A stretch of 62,517 nucleotides of DNA, counting the filler, from Piptocephalis cylindrospora (lineage: Eukaryota): the NCBI GenBank assembly GCA_003614145.1. It is 9 parts of 9 records of this genome, joined end to end, with 100 filler letters (N's around TTAATTAATTAA, not from the genome) between each part and the next. Parts side by side here need not be neighbours in the genome. Positions count along the whole stretch, not along the records: positions 7,028 to 13,951 come from KZ988245.1; positions 14,052 to 20,948 come from KZ988246.1; positions 21,049 to 27,943 come from KZ988247.1; 6 more parts are not named here. One strand, 5' to 3'. Of the stretch, positions 9,831 through 23,279 are shown one piece after another. The translations under genes were made by a program, and so were the position numbers. Under the pieces are notes generated by a model. The model worked only from the letters and a program-made list of their open reading frames with translations. It made no database searches and was not told the origin of the DNA. How positions within the stretch are numbered: the first letter of the stretch is position 1; each line of letters starts with the position of its first letter.

Positions 9831-11195
9831 ATGTCTTTGACAACGACGGTCACGTCTGATCCCTTGGAGGTGCTTTCGGAACTACGAAGGACTGGAGAAA
9901 GGAGATCGGATGTGGTGATGCGGATTGGGGGAGATTTGCTGCTATATGGCAAGACGCGGTCTTTGGGCGATGAGGGTACGTGAATGGATATGTGGTTTTT
10001 TTGAGGGGGGAAAGGGGGAGAAGGTTCGTACTCATGTCCTCATTCTGACCTCTACAGCGTGGCTCATCTATGAGCAGGTCTTTGATGCTGCCCTCGATCT
10101 GGCTGACTGGGAAGCCGCTCAGGTAGGATATAGGATATCGTGCACTCGTATGCAGGAAGCGGTATCTCTGGCTCAGCCTCCTCTTCCCTTCTTATCCCTC
10201 GTAGGCTTGCTTGGAAATGCTACAGGAAAAGTTTCCCGTATCCAAGAGGGTACGGTTGTTGGATGGTAAATACCACGAGGCCCGTGGGATCTTGGATGTG
10301 GCAGAGCAGATCTACGACGAGATTCTCGCCGAGGATGAGACCCATGTTGTAAGTAGTACCAAGGGATAAGAGCTAGGGAGTGAGCGTAGGCCACTTTTAT
10401 GGATCTCTGATCAGGGCTCTCTCTCTTCCTCGCTCGATGGTGAATGAGTACAGATGGCGCTTAAGAGGAAAGTCGCCCTTCTTAAAACCAAAGGTGACAT
10501 TAAGGGAGCCATCGGAAAATTGGTGGAGTATGTCGATTGCTACACCAATGATTTGGAGGCCTGGATGGAACTTTCCGCTCTTTATCAAAGCCAATGCATG
10601 TAAGGCATTTGGACAGAGTAGGAAATGTGGGGGCGGAGGGGGGGAATTGAGCTGAGGACCCGTTGACTTAAGTATCCTTTATACTCTTTTTACATAGGTA
10701 CAAGCAAGCTGCTTACTGTCAAGAGGAGCTGATTCTTCTTCAACCCATTCACCATCTTCACCAGATCACCTATGCTGAGGTAATATGGAGATGAACGGCT
10801 AGGACATCCGTAGAACCATCCCTCTTACCCCACATTCTATGAATTATAGATCATGTATACGTTGAATCAGATGGAGGTGGCTGCCAAGTCCTATTGTAGG
10901 GCTCTGGAGCTCTCCACGGCTCATCCCCGTGCGCTCTATGGATTAAAGCAGGTATGCTCACCCTTTCCAGCGCTCTCTCTTTATTTCCTTTCTTCTTCTC
11001 CGGACACTCACCCATTCACTCTGTTGACAGTGCATTTTAAAGCTGGGTGGGGCCAGCCGGTGCAAGGGCGTGAACCATGCAAAGGAGCTGGACCTAATGG
11101 TCATTGACCAATTGACCAAGGCCTATGAGAAGGCTTGTCCTAGGTCACAGGGACAGGAATTGAGGAAGGTAGTGGATACCTGGTTGGAATCTTGA
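9831..11195 (+). CDS. EMC2: ER membrane protein complex subunit 2 (TPR), multi-exon
   Basis: LRRTGERRS; AWLIYEQVFDAALD; KFPVSKRV; DLEAWMELS; AAYCQEELIL; RALYGL; GT-AG introns; stop TGA 11193-11195. Confidence 0.9.
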
Positions 11196-11426
11196 TTAGA
11201 TCCGGTGTATGCTCCACGCTTGATGATTGATGATTATTCCCAGACGTGGGGGAGGGGCATGTCAAGGAGTGATGCAATGCGGCTGTCGTTATCTGTTATA
11301 AAAGAGCTGTATGCTGCTGCTCTTGGAAAGGTTGATTTACTAGGACGATGAGCTATCCTATGTAGAGGGTATAAGGTGAAAAGAAACAGCATATAGATCC
11401 ATTCTATCTCACAAGATAGCCCCATT

Positions 11427-12581
11427 TTACATGTATGTGACGGATGAGCCCATTTGAAGAGTCCTAATCACCTTTTCCAAGCATAGACGAATCACCCAGG
11501 AAAGCCGATGCCGTTGCCAGAAGAGGCCAACCAGGAGAGCCAGGAAAAATGACCATGACAGGGGACGGAGAGGATTGGCAAGAAAGTGGTTTACATGCTG
11601 CTGACCCAGGCGAAGGAGGGAAGAGGGAGAGCTGGTCGCCTTGGGGCGGGAAGGATGACTTCTTGAGGGAGATAAGGCTCTAGGAGATAGCAGTTTTGCG
11701 GGAGACTTTTCTCCAGAAGATGAGGGGGTGGGGGTTGAGGCTAGTGATGCAGGTTCAGAGGGAGGTGGGGAGAGGTAGGATGATCGGGCCTCGGCTATCT
11801 TCCTTTCCTTTCTCCTCCTCTCCTCCTCCGCCTCTTCTACCTTTCGAGCCTTATTCAAGTCCTGCTTAATCTTTCGCTTCTCCAGGATCCGACCTTGCCT
11901 TCGTACCGCCTTGATCAAGGATTCTTTTTCGTCTAGTCTCAATAAGGGATTCCATTCAATGAAGGTAAAGGCCTCATCGGTGGATCCTGCCATGGGCAAA
12001 AGCTGGACCAGGTATACCCGAAGTAATGATTCGTACCCCTTCCACAGGGAATCCTTCTCATCCTCGTGTTGACCCATATTGCTAGTTCTTGATGAGTTAC
12101 CTGCCTCCTTGGTTGGAGCGCCCGTCCCTCGACACTTCTCCAGAGCCTCCACGGTTCCGGGAGCCACGGTGGCCAACCACTCCTCCACCACCTCCACACC
12201 CTCCCTATACCGCTCCTGCGACACGAAGCACTGGGCCAAGAGGGAGAGAATTCCTGGATGAACCCATCCGATCTGCCCATTGTACGCACCCACAATGACC
12301 TGACGCAAATCCTGATCCAGCCCACCTTGGCCTCCAGGACTTGAGAGGTGCTGCCCATCCTTGGCTTCCCCGACTCCAAGAACGGACATGCAGTAGAGGG
12401 AGAGGACTTGACGGTGGAGCTCGGTGCTGACCGTGCCCTCCACTCCGGGCACTGGGACGGGTAGAATATCCAGAGTCGCCTGGCAGGCCCGTTGACACCC
12501 TGCACGGTCCCGCGCTACCACACACTGCATGGCCTCTTGGGCCAGTTCCCCTGCGTGATCCAGATCCAAGGAACTTGTCAT
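11427..12581 (-). CDS. PEX26: Peroxin Pex26 (tail-anchored Pex1/Pex6 adaptor)
   Basis: ATG 12581; YLVQLLP..EAFTFIEWN, C-terminal TM, and tail KVIRTLQMGSSVTYM resembling the fungal Pex26 C-terminus. Confidence 0.7.
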   Translation of the reverse strand: MTSSLDLDHAGELAQEAMQCVVARDRAGCQRACQATLDILPVPVPGVEGTVSTELHRQVLSLYCMSVLGVGEAKDGQHLSSPGGQGGLDQDLRQVIVGAYNGQIGWVHPGILSLLAQCFVSQERYREGVEVVEEWLATVAPGTVEALEKCRGTGAPTKEAGNSSRTSNMGQHEDEKDSLWKGYESLLRVYLVQLLPMAGSTDEAFTFIEWNPLLRLDEKESLIKAVRRQGRILEKRKIKQDLNKARKVEEAEEERRRKERKIAEARSSYLSPPPSEPASLASTPTPSSSGEKSPAKLLSPRALSPSRSHPSRPKATSSPSSLLRLGQQHVNHFLANPLRPLSWSFFLALLVGLFWQRHRLSWVIRLCLEKVIRTLQMGSSVTYM

Positions 12582-13951
12582 GATGGAATGGGGATGAGAA
12601 GGAGAAGAGGAGAAGAGGACAGAGTTTAAAAGGGAGGAAGAGGATAAAATGAGGATGAAAGAGTTATTATTTGCAGGAGGCAAGGAAAGATGAGACAAAC
12701 ACAAGCAAGGGATGTCCCCATCAAGTGAGCACTAGACTTTATACGGGCTGATGGCCTTGGTGTGCGCCCACGCCTCCCCCACCACAGATATCTCAATGTC
12801 TAGCATGTGTGTGTATATAATAGGCTCCATTGAGGGACTAGACAAGGTGAGAAGTCAACCGGGTATGTGCGGGATATGGAGCAATGTGGGAGGGTGTGAT
12901 TGCACACAGTAGAAAAAGGCCTGACTTGGGCCTAGCTGTCTCCATGGCCCGTTGCCCGCCGGATGGCTAACATCCGATATTCCCCCACCCTCCCATCCCA
13001 CCACTAGGGAAAGGAAGAATGATTTAGTCCGAGATGTATCGCGGCAGATCCACACCATTGCCTCTCGATCCTGAGAAGGAAGCTGAAGGGAGGTGGGGTA
13101 AGAAGGAGAAATGAGCACCATCTCTTCCTTGGGGTCAAAGACCAATCTAATGAATGAGTAGCTATGGGATCTATGGGTGTTTTGGAGAGGATGAACGATC
13201 AAGACGCCATCCTCTCTCTTAGTATTACCATGCCAATGTACGAAGAAATAGGAGGAGGAGAAGGAGATGTGAGGTATAGAACCATACAGGATGGATCCTG
13301 GCTAATGTTGACGTGATGCTGGTGAACGCGACTTTGCGCGTTTAGACTTTTATAGAGTCGTGTATCCCGCCCAATCCCTGCAAGTATAAATATGGCCGGT
13401 TCAACTATGGTGCCTCTCTCTCTCCCTCTTCTCTTCTTGACTCCTTCATCTCATCCTCTTCCACTCTTGCCTGACAGGTCAGATATCCCATGACAAGATG
13501 CGAATGCCGCCTTCACCCCCCGATACATCGATCCGGTTTCCCGGCACATACGAGCGTTTCATTTTAATCCCCGTACAGGGCGAGACAGGGCTGATCCGTC
13601 GTTCTCCCACACTTCCCCATGGGAGTAAAGCAAGGAGGATCTTTTCCCAGCCCCCAAGACCCTCCTTCCCCCCAGATTTGATCCAGGTCCCATGGCCAAC
13701 GGCAAAGGCGTGATCTTATCTCCCACATCCGCGGAAAATCACCTCCCTCCTCTCACTAGAATGGCCTGTGCCGCAATCCCACCCATGTCTTCCGCCTTAC
13801 CCTTGGACTTTCCCTCCTAGGTCCATCGTCTCAGCAAGGGATGAGAACATTCCATTTCTCCCAACCATAGCCATAGCATGGTGATGATGGATTTACCTGC
13901 CCATCCACCTATCCCCATAGGCATAGAGCACCCTGAATCTCCATTCCCTAT

Positions 13952-14051
13952 NNNNNNNNNNNNNNNNNNNNNNNNNNNNNNNNNNNNNNNNNNNNTTAAT
14001 TAATTAANNNNNNNNNNNNNNNNNNNNNNNNNNNNNNNNNNNNNNNNNNNN
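13952..14051. other. Artificial contig linker
   Basis: N44-TTAATTAATTAA-N44. Confidence 0.99.
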
Positions 14052-16415
14052 GAGGTCGGTGATTTTCAATGGTGAAGGCTGGATTCGTGTATTCTTCCTT
14101 TCTTTTTCTCTAATCCTATCTCTTATCAGATCATCACTCTTCCTTACAATATACTCCTGCAGAAATCGGCTCGGGATGCTATGGGCCTTAAACTGCAGGA
14201 TCAAGTGGTCATCATCGACGAGGCTCACAACCTCGTCGAGACCATCTCCTCCACCTACGCCAGCTCCCTCTCTCTCTCTCAGCTCTGTATGGTTCAAACA
14301 AGTCTTCGAGGCTATTTGTCTCGGTATCAACGTCGACTCTCCCCAAAGAATGCCACCAATGTTCGGCTTCTTCTGGTTTTGTTGGACTCTATGGTAGAAT
14401 CATTGGAATCTTGGAGAAAGAAAAGAGAACATCAAACGAAAGAGTCCGAGGTAGTCAACACCAATGGCTTCCTCAATCGCTGTGGTGTGGAGAGCATTAA
14501 CCTTATGCACCTTTGTACTTTTCTTCACGAGAGCAAACTAGCCAGGAAGGTGAGGGAAATCTTTTGTAGAAAATAACGAGAGGGCAAGCCGGATAATGAT
14601 GATGTGGCGACTTCTCCCTATTTGGACCCTCCTCCCATTTACATGGATCCATGTGCTCTTCTCTTTCACTTCTAACTTTCATTTCCTGAACCTCCAAATA
14701 GCTTCATTCGTTTGCTGAAAAGGTCAGGACGGCCTCTGATTTATCAGGTACCTCAGGTAAGGGTCTTGATCCGATCCCAGTCTCAATGGTTATTCATGCT
14801 CATCATTATACCTCTACTTTTTTCATTTCTTCAGGCCGTATAGAGAATCAAAGGGATGAGCACCGAACTACATCAGATGTGCATGCTTTTCAAGGATTTC
14901 TTTTTTCTCTAGCAGATAGTGATGCGGATGGCCGAGTTATCCTTGTGGAAAAAGAGGATGATGTGGGCATGCAGTACATTCTCCTTAATCCGGCAGAGCG
15001 TTTTAGATCCATTGTACACGAGGCCCGTAGCGTCATCCTCGCCGGAGGGACCATGGGGTCGGTGGAGCTCTTGAGGCATCACCTCTTTCCCTATGTTAGC
15101 CCTGAGAAAATTTTACATTTTTCCTGCGGACATGTTGTTCCCGATGATGCGGTCTTGACCCTTTCACTTAGTACTGGCCCAAGTGGAAAAGAGCTACGGT
15201 TCACCCATGAACATAAGCAGGATACATCCATGGTAAGATTGTGATGACCAAATCCGACAAGATTATGCCCTTTTCTAGACTTACATCGCCTGCCTCCGGT
15301 GTCTTATATGAGAGAAGATGGATGATCTGGGCGCTGCCATTGTCAACTTTTGCAATCTCGTCCCCGCAGGCATTGTCTGCTTCTTCCCTAGCTACTCTTA
15401 CCTCGAAGCCGTTTGCCGTCAGTGGAAGGAGGGCAACACCCGATTGAGGCTCGGAGCGCGAAAAGAGGTAAGGGGTATATACCTGAGATGAATAGGGAAT
15501 ACAAGGGAATAACCCATGTGTATGGGTATGTGTGGGCTATTAGGTATTCTTCGAGACCCGTGGAGGCGATACCACTCGCATCCTAGCTGATTACACGCAA
15601 GCAATTAAGGTATGCTCACTACTGTCTCTCGGCGCCATGAACACAGTTTTTCTTTGAGCGACTGCGTGTGAAGTTATGCTTATCCCCTCTCTCTCTTCCT
15701 CGTTCTGCTTCTTTTTCTGCACCGTCGGGGCGTCCAGGGGCCCAAAGAGGGAAAGAGCGGAGCCATCTTATTTAGCGTGGTTGGAGGCCGATTGAGCGAA
15801 GGAATTAACTTTTCTGATGACTTGGCCAGGTAAATCAAGTTTGGATTTTGGGGAACGTACTGGCACTAATGCCGCTCCTTTACTTCCCTTTACCCTAATT
15901 CACCGATGCCATATGCGTCTCCATAGAGCCGTCATCCAAGTGGGATTGCCCTTTCCAGACCTCCATTCAGTGGAATTAAGGGAGAAGCTACGGTATCTCG
16001 ATCTATCTTCCGAAGAAAAGACAGGAGGCGCCAAGAAGGCAATAAAAGACCAGTCCTCCCACTACCGCATGGGGCCTCAAGCAACGGCTTATTACGAGAA
16101 CCTCTGTATGCGCTCTGTTAATCAATCCATCGGTATGTAATCGTTCTGTGTTTTATAGCCTCTCTTTTCCCGAGGCCTAAATTGGCTCTAACCATCATCT
16201 GCCTCTTTATTTGGTCAGGGAGGGCCATCCGTCATCGGGAAGATTATGCATGCATCCTCTTGCTGGATGCCCGATTCTCTGTCCCACGGATCTCTCAAAG
16301 ATTACCCTCGTGGTTGAGCCAAAGGGCACAACAAGCCGATCGATTTGGTCAGGCTGTGGGAAAGGTGGCTCAATTTTTTCGGTTAAGACGATCTCTGCAG
16401 GAGAATACCAGATGA
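14052..16415 (+). CDS. CHL1: Chl1/DDX11 DNA helicase, 3' part (5'-truncated), multi-exon
   Basis: [73 protein letters not shown]. Confidence 0.93.
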
Positions 16416-17250
16416 AGAGCCATGTAATCCCATGGATGAAATGGATGCTCTTTTAGCGCTGAGTTCAGTAGGAATCCATCTGCAGAGAGATATCCTCATG
16501 CCAACATTATCACATACCACCTTGCATCAGATGACATGTGGCCTGATTCCAGGGTTCAGACGTCGTTAATCGGCTTTGATGAATGGTGTGTAGCGTCGAA
16601 GGGAAAGGCGTACCCAAGGGACGATGGACAACAGTCCATCTCACAAATGACTTGACTTGAAACCCCCTTATATTGAGTGCTCCCTTTTTTCCACCGAGTC
16701 ATCTCACAAATGACCGTGGGATAACAGAGCAGGGAAGTCAGAAATTGGAGAAAACAAAAAGATAGATTCCCATTGTTAGTCGTCATTGTTATCTCCGTCC
16801 CCTCTCACCCGATTTGGTTGGTGAGGCGAGAGATAAGGAAGACAAGTGGCTCCATACCCCCCACTCACTCCAGATCAATCCCATCCCCAGCTAGGAATAG
16901 CTCCTTGCCCACGACCCCCTTTACCCAGTCATCCCTGTTCCACAAAGGCAGCCTCATGCTGAGGTTGAAGATGTGGGGCTCATCTGTCCTTTTAAGGTGG
17001 GTTTTATCAGAGAGGAACGAGGTGGAAGGCTATCCTCAAGGCACGAGCTCGTCACCACCCTCCTATTTCCTTTCTTCATCAGTCTCTGGTCTGTTCCTTC
17101 TCCCCAGCTCCTGCTTTGATCCCACTCCTCACCCCAGCATTCTTGACCTTGCCTAATCGTATACAACCAGCATCTCCCTCCCTCCTTCCCGTCCCCTTTC
17201 CCCGTTACCAACAGCCATCTCTACCATCGCTGTAAAGTACGCTGTGCTCT

Positions 17251-19841
17251 ATGAGCAAATCTCCTCAGGCCTCCTCCATGACATCAGAGATGGTTCCAAC
17301 ACCTTTTCCAGTGCCCAGCACGGCACCAGCCCTACGTTCAGGGCGCCTTCAGGTAAGCCAACCTGGTGAGGCCGAAGTAAACGAGGAAAGGCGAAGTCCG
17401 TAGCCTCAACATTCTCATATTTTGATGTTCTTTAGGTCGTAGTATTACAAGTGGAGGTACAGGAGCCACTCTGGAAACCCTATTTGATACTCACCATTGG
17501 AGGTATAAGAATGAAAGATGATTATCTATCCAGTCCATCTACCCTCCACTAACAAAGTCCATCACTCTGGATCTCTTCCCCCACCTAGACCAAGTGTATA
17601 GGACCTCTACATCTACCTCAGGCGAGCCTACACAAGCCCCCAGCTGGCATGAAGGCTTTGAGTTCCGCATCTCCTTTCATGCTCAACTCTTTGGGACACT
17701 TCAGCTGGATCTATACTCCTCACGATGGCTGCTCCCAGATGTTCATGTGGGTCGAAGCTCCCTACGGATTAATCTCCTTGAGGGATTACCCCAGGCCTTT
17801 GTGAGCTGGTTTGAGCTCTGGGAACCCCGGTATGCCGATGCGGATAAGGCTAGGTCTGCCACCATGTATAAACCCACCACTTCCCCCACTTCCCCCACTT
17901 TTCGTGTTTCCAATCTCGGAGCCACTCGTCTCCGACTCCACTATCAATTTCAACAACGATCATTGCCAAAAACGCCTACTGCCCGGCCTCGATCCCTTTC
18001 CACTTCCTCTTCCTCAGAGTCCCCCCCATCAGGCTATCTACATTCCCCAGGAGAGGATCAAGAAATTTACAAGGTTTTCCAAGAGCGTGTGTCAGTCTTG
18101 AGAGAAAGAAAGGAGGAGGAAAATGAGGAGAGCCCTGCTTACTCAGAGGACACCGACACCCACCAATCTATGTCCAGAGAGGTTCCTCAATCAAAGGGGC
18201 ACGAGCGGGAGGACTCAAATGGTCCAGGGTCGTTCATGTCATCTTTTTTCTTTTCCTCCTCCTCCACCACCACCACCTCGTCCTCGACTATCTCGTCTTC
18301 CTCCCCTCCTTCTTCCATTACTGGAGGAGTTGAAGGTATGACAAGTGGAGAAAAGGACGATGGGGCTGAAGGAGGGGATAATGGTCTGCTGAATTCTTTA
18401 GGCGAGTACTTTGTGAATCCAGAGACTAAGCGGAACCTCCGTGCTATCACCAGCATGGTTCGTGCCTTTGGTCAGGGATTTGACATCTCCTATGTCGAGC
18501 TTCTCAATGGTGCTGCCCTCCTCGAACGCTTCTACTCTACTATTGACTCCGATCGGACAGGTAGTGTGATGGAGGGGTATGAGGAGTGTGAACGCGCCGC
18601 CCACTTTCATCGCTTTGCCTTGGCCTCTTATGGCTGGAAAGGTTTGAATTTCTTTGGTCATGGTAATGGCATTCTCACCGATTCAATCCGGAGCCATTCT
18701 GATATCCGAAGCATCCGAGAGTTTCTGGGACTTGAAGAGGATGATCTACTCATGTATGATCTACATGGCCGTGTGATCTTTCGCCCTAACTATTACGTGG
18801 CTCTGGATCGTGCCACTAACTCTATCATCCTCGCTGTCCGTGGTACCATGAGTGCTATGGATACCCTGACCGATCTAGTATGCGAGTATCAGCCCTGGAG
18901 AAATGGTTTGGTTCACTCGGGGATGAAAGCGGCCGCCCAGTGGTTCCTTACCGAGGTCTTTCCCTCTGTTCTTCTTCATTGTGAGCGACTGGATGTCACC
19001 GATGTGGTCCTCGTCGGTCACTCCCTTGGCGCGGGCACTGCCTCCATTCTAGCCATGCTTCTTCAGGGTCTACATCCCAAGACTGGGTCAGGCAAGGAGG
19101 TTCACATCCGGTGCATGGCTTATGGCCCCCCATGCATTGCCTCGGAGGAGTTCCTCAATCAGAATGATGGGATTCAAAGCTTTATTTTGGGTGAAGACAT
19201 TGTCGCCCGACTTAGCTACGGTAGCTGTATGGATGTTCGATCCATGCTCGTGGTAGCTTCTGAGCTGGCCCACGGTGGAGTGAGCAATTTGATTTCCTAC
19301 GGAGTACGTCGCACGCGAAGGAGATGATTCTACCTCATCGTCATTACTCACCGCGCCTCACCCCATTAGGTCGGGAAGCAAGTAGAATCAGGGGAGACAT
19401 GGAAGGTCAAGTGCGATGTGCTAAAAGATATGCGGGAACGCCTTCAAAAAAGGTGATCATCATCGACATCCAAAGGTATGATTCATACAAGAGGGTGGAG
19501 AAAGGATAATGACCTTCATTTTAACGACTCACTACTTACCTCTCTCCGCCAATCAACAGCTCTACGTGGCTGGAACGGCTCATCAAGTGTTTTTCAAAGA
19601 AGATGGAACCGTTGAAATGCGCAAGGTGGATGCTCGATCCTTCACCGAAATTGGTATTCGTCAGGATATGCTTAGACATCACCTTCCTGGAAACTATGAT
19701 AAGGCCATGGAGGGACTTCGAGAGACAGTCAGGCGGAAGAAGGCTTCCAAGGGCGGTGATGATGGTCGAGGGGTTCAGCTGAGTCCAGAGACCGAAGAGG
19801 AAGACGATGAACCCGAGATGGATGGCCTTCCCAAATCCTAG
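17251..19841 (+). CDS. C2-domain + class 3 lipase (DAG-lipase-like), multi-exon
   Basis: N-terminal C2-like (PYLILTIG..PSWHEGFEF..VGRSSL); IILAVRGTMS..D.LTDL, VHSGM, GHSLGAG nucleophile elbow, DIVARLS, HLPGNY. Confidence 0.8.
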
Positions 19842-20147
19842 CGTTTTCCATCTGATAAGTTGTTGGAGATGAGATGTTTTGTCGGGGCTTTATGCACGTC
19901 GTAGTTTATAATGGTGATGCATTGGTCCACAAACTTTGATGTTTATTTGGTGAGTTACCGTATCAAGAGATATTACTACCTCCTCACAGACAGCACATGA
20001 ATAACATCTAATAGAAATCTCACTAAGGGAAAAAAATATAACGGTCTCATCATCGCATATCTAATAAAAACAGGAGAAGAGAGCAAAATGGCATCCAAGT
20101 TCGTTTGATAGCCATCTTCATCCTAAGAAATCCCACTGATCTAAGTA

Positions 20148-20948
20148 TTAAGAAAAGAAATACTGTCGCTTTCTCCCCTCTCTCAAAGGAGAAACCGTAG
20201 AAGGAGACTTGGAGAGGTACGGAAGTACAAGTGACAGGAAGTACTCTTTGGAAATTTGCATGTGCTCCGTTGGGCAGAGCTTAAATACCAGAGCATTCCT
20301 CTCATCCAGGGCTCGAAGACCGAGCCAATCCTCCTTGTACATCTGTGTATCCCTTAGCTCTACCAAGCGGTCCCCTTCCAAATATCCAAACCATGACGTT
20401 TCCTTGGGAATGACCAGCTGATCTTTCTCAAATTTTACCATCACAAATGCATCTAGTGTAGCGATATTTTTAGCATATGTCGCGTTTTTCTCCTAGAATA
20501 AGCAGATGGGAAGAGAGATGAATAAGCTTTGTTATTGAATTTTCCCAACTTTCCATATGATCCTACCTCATGCTCATTGTTCAAATCAGCAAGGAAGGAA
20601 TTATGCTCAAGATACGGTTCGATTCGATGAGGATCCTGCGATAAGATGGAGGGTAAGGGTCAGTGCATATAAATAAGGGTATCAGTGTGCAGAAAGATAC
20701 CTTGTAATATTGCGCTTGGATGATGTTATGCTGAGCCCAGTCAGAGTAGACACCTGTTCGAACTACACGACGCATCGCCAAGCACCAGAAGTCACCACGC
20801 TCAATACAATTCGGGATGTCAGCTACACCTACTCACTTTTCCCAAAAAAATAGGCCCATGGTAAATTGGTATCAATGACAATGTCAGGCATAAACGAGAT
20901 CAGTGAATAGGCATCTAAAGGCCCATCTCCTCTCCCACTCTACTCACC
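20148..20948 (-). CDS. PPT1: Palmitoyl-protein thioesterase 1, 3' part (5'-truncated)
   Basis: QHNIIQAQYYKDP, VMVKFEKD..VIPKETSWFGY, MYKEDWLGLRALD, EHM. Confidence 0.9.
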
Positions 20949-21048
20949 NNNNNNNNNNNNNNNNNNNNNNNNNNNNNNNNNNNNNNNNNNNNTTAATTAA
21001 TTAANNNNNNNNNNNNNNNNNNNNNNNNNNNNNNNNNNNNNNNNNNNN
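20949..21048. other. Artificial contig linker
   Basis: N44-TTAATTAATTAA-N44. Confidence 0.99.
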
Positions 21049-21420
21049 GGTGAGGTGAGGTGAAGTGAAGTGAGGTGAGGGCGAAAGGAACCGGGGGCTG
21101 GTTGATCAAAGGACCGCTCTCTTCACGAACGTCTTTTATGCTTCATCCATCCTTCTCTCCCTCCGCCAGCGCGTGTCTGCCCACCATTGTGTGCTGCGGG
21201 GTCGCTCCCTTTCAGGCTGAGCGAGGATCTAGATGGAGTGGGCCATTGATTGTCCTCTATGCTGGATGTACTCTCGGATACAACTCCATCCAACTCATGA
21301 TATACAGCCAACCAACATTATTAAATTTATCCTGTTCTTCCTCTTTCTTCACTACACTCAACGCACCCTCGACGAGACCATCCTGTTCGATCCTTTCTCC
21401 CAGTCACGACTACCCTCAAG

Positions 21421-22691
21421 ATGGATTTGTTCAAGAAGAAGAAGAAGGCCCCAGGACAGCGGGTCCTTCGAGGCGCTCGAGAGGCTAGACTAAATGAGGC
21501 AGAGGGAAAAGGGGCGAGCCTGGCTGAAGCAGAGCAGGAAGAGCAGGAGGGTAAAGAGGAAGGGTATGTATTTTTTCTTGTCTCGTGAGCTACTGTCTTC
21601 TGGCTATGTCGACTCAACTCATCTTCTCTGCCGTCATTCTCAATAGGAAGATGCCTTTACCGGAGCTGCTAGAGCTACGACGTCTTCGCCAACGACGAGC
21701 TGGTTTAGAAGCGGCGAATCTTATGATGTCTATTGAAAAGAAGCCCAGGAAAAAGTCCAAAGGAAAGGAAGGGAAGGAAGGTGAGGGGGCCGATGATACC
21801 GGCGACGCCCAGGGGGATGGAGGAATGATGATGGGCGGAGGTTCAGATGGACCTGGAAAGCCCAAATCCTCCCTGAGTACCTTCACAAAACAAACCAACG
21901 TGGTGGATGTAGATAAGCACATGTAAGTTATATTAGGATCGGGAGAGAGGGAGTGAAATGGAATTGATGAGAGACATCCTTTACTTTGTAGGCTCCAGTA
22001 CATTGAAGAGGAAATGGAAAGACGGAGAAAAGAGGAGGAAAGGGCACGGAGAAGAGAGCAGGGACAAGAGGACCCAGATATAGGTTTGGGTGCAGAGGAG
22101 GAAGAAAAGGCCAGAGCAAGGAAGAGGGAGGGGATGAATCAGAGAGCCGAGGAGGAGATGAACGATGAGGGAAGCGTTGCGCTTTCCAATGCGATGTTGA
22201 CCTCCGTGGCCGAAGTAGACCTGGGGATGGAGTAAGTGACGGACAGGGGACAGAGCGTTGTATTTCAACCCATTGTTATCATCATGTCGTTACTCACCCA
22301 AGTATTTTCCCCATCTAGAACGCGATTAAAAAACATGGAGGCGACAGAGAGAGCCAAGCGTCAATGGATGGAAGAACAAAAAGTAAAGAAGAAGGGTCAG
22401 GCCACCAAGGATAGCCTTCTGGCCTCTACTCGGTGTAAGCTCCTGTTTGCATAATAGGGCTCAAGGGTGATTGATGGGCGCGAAGAACCAATCATTCTCA
22501 CAAGCTCACTCCTTTCTTCTATAGTTTACCAACCTTCCCAACATCGTACGGATAAGGATAGACAAGGACATGGCGGGAGCGGCGCCCAGAATCAAGGACG
22601 TCCATCAGGGGATGATGGAGGAAAAAGGAAACCGTTAAGGTCAACGGACCAGTTGGTCTTGGACCGGTTCAAGAAGCGGCAGCGCAGGTAG
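21421..22691 (+). CDS. TLS1: Tls1/C9orf78 (HCA59) family splicing factor, multi-exon
   Basis: MDLFKKKKK, FTKQTNVVDVDKHM, MLTSVAEVDLGME|TRLKNMEATERAK, STDQLVLDRFKKR. Confidence 0.8.
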
Positions 22692-23279
22692 TTTCCAGAA
22701 TGGTCTATGCAGCTCTAGATTTCCTAGAGTCAAAATGTACCCTCCTCCCCTTTCAATGAATGAGTATTTTGCTTATATGAAAACAATGGAAGACGTTTCT
22801 CGTCTAGTGATTGCCATGCCCGTCCGAAAACCGGCATCCCAGCTTGAGTAACCCCTCTTTGACATGGTTATTGCATCACCATAAAAACGGCCATCCTCAC
22901 CTCTAGCCTTCATTCTGAGCGAATTGTGCCCATGGTCTGGATAGCGTGTTCAAGGCATGCCGCCTTTTTTTTTACCATCCTCCATTCCTTTATCCAGCAT
23001 AATCAAGTGATTCCTGCTCTATTATAGTATATATATCTCTCCATCACTTTCGCCAACCCTTCCCCCCACCCTCAAGATCCAATGTGGATGGCCAGGCAGT
23101 TGGTGCAATTAAGAAATCAAACAAAGGAATGTATATTTCCCGAAAACAAGGCACCCCATTAAGACTAATCAACACGGAAAACGACCTGCGAACCGATGGG
23201 GATGTGGTGGGAGGAAGATCGTGACTAAACATCACGGACACACGGAAAAACACCATAGGTCACATGAAGTTATGACACT

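Noticed and set aside
10672..10680. GTATCCTTT U12-type donor-like motif in EMC2
   Set aside because: It falls inside an ordinary GT-AG intron whose removal already restores the frame
12855..13951. Short ORFs between PEX26 and the contig end
   Set aside because: No recognisable motifs or consistent exon structure
14550..14701. C/D-like boxes and an snR54-like TAACTTTC stretch in a CHL1 intron
   Set aside because: The stretch coincides with the branch point CTAAC and polypyrimidine tract, the D box is downstream of the branch point, and rRNA complementarity is imperfect
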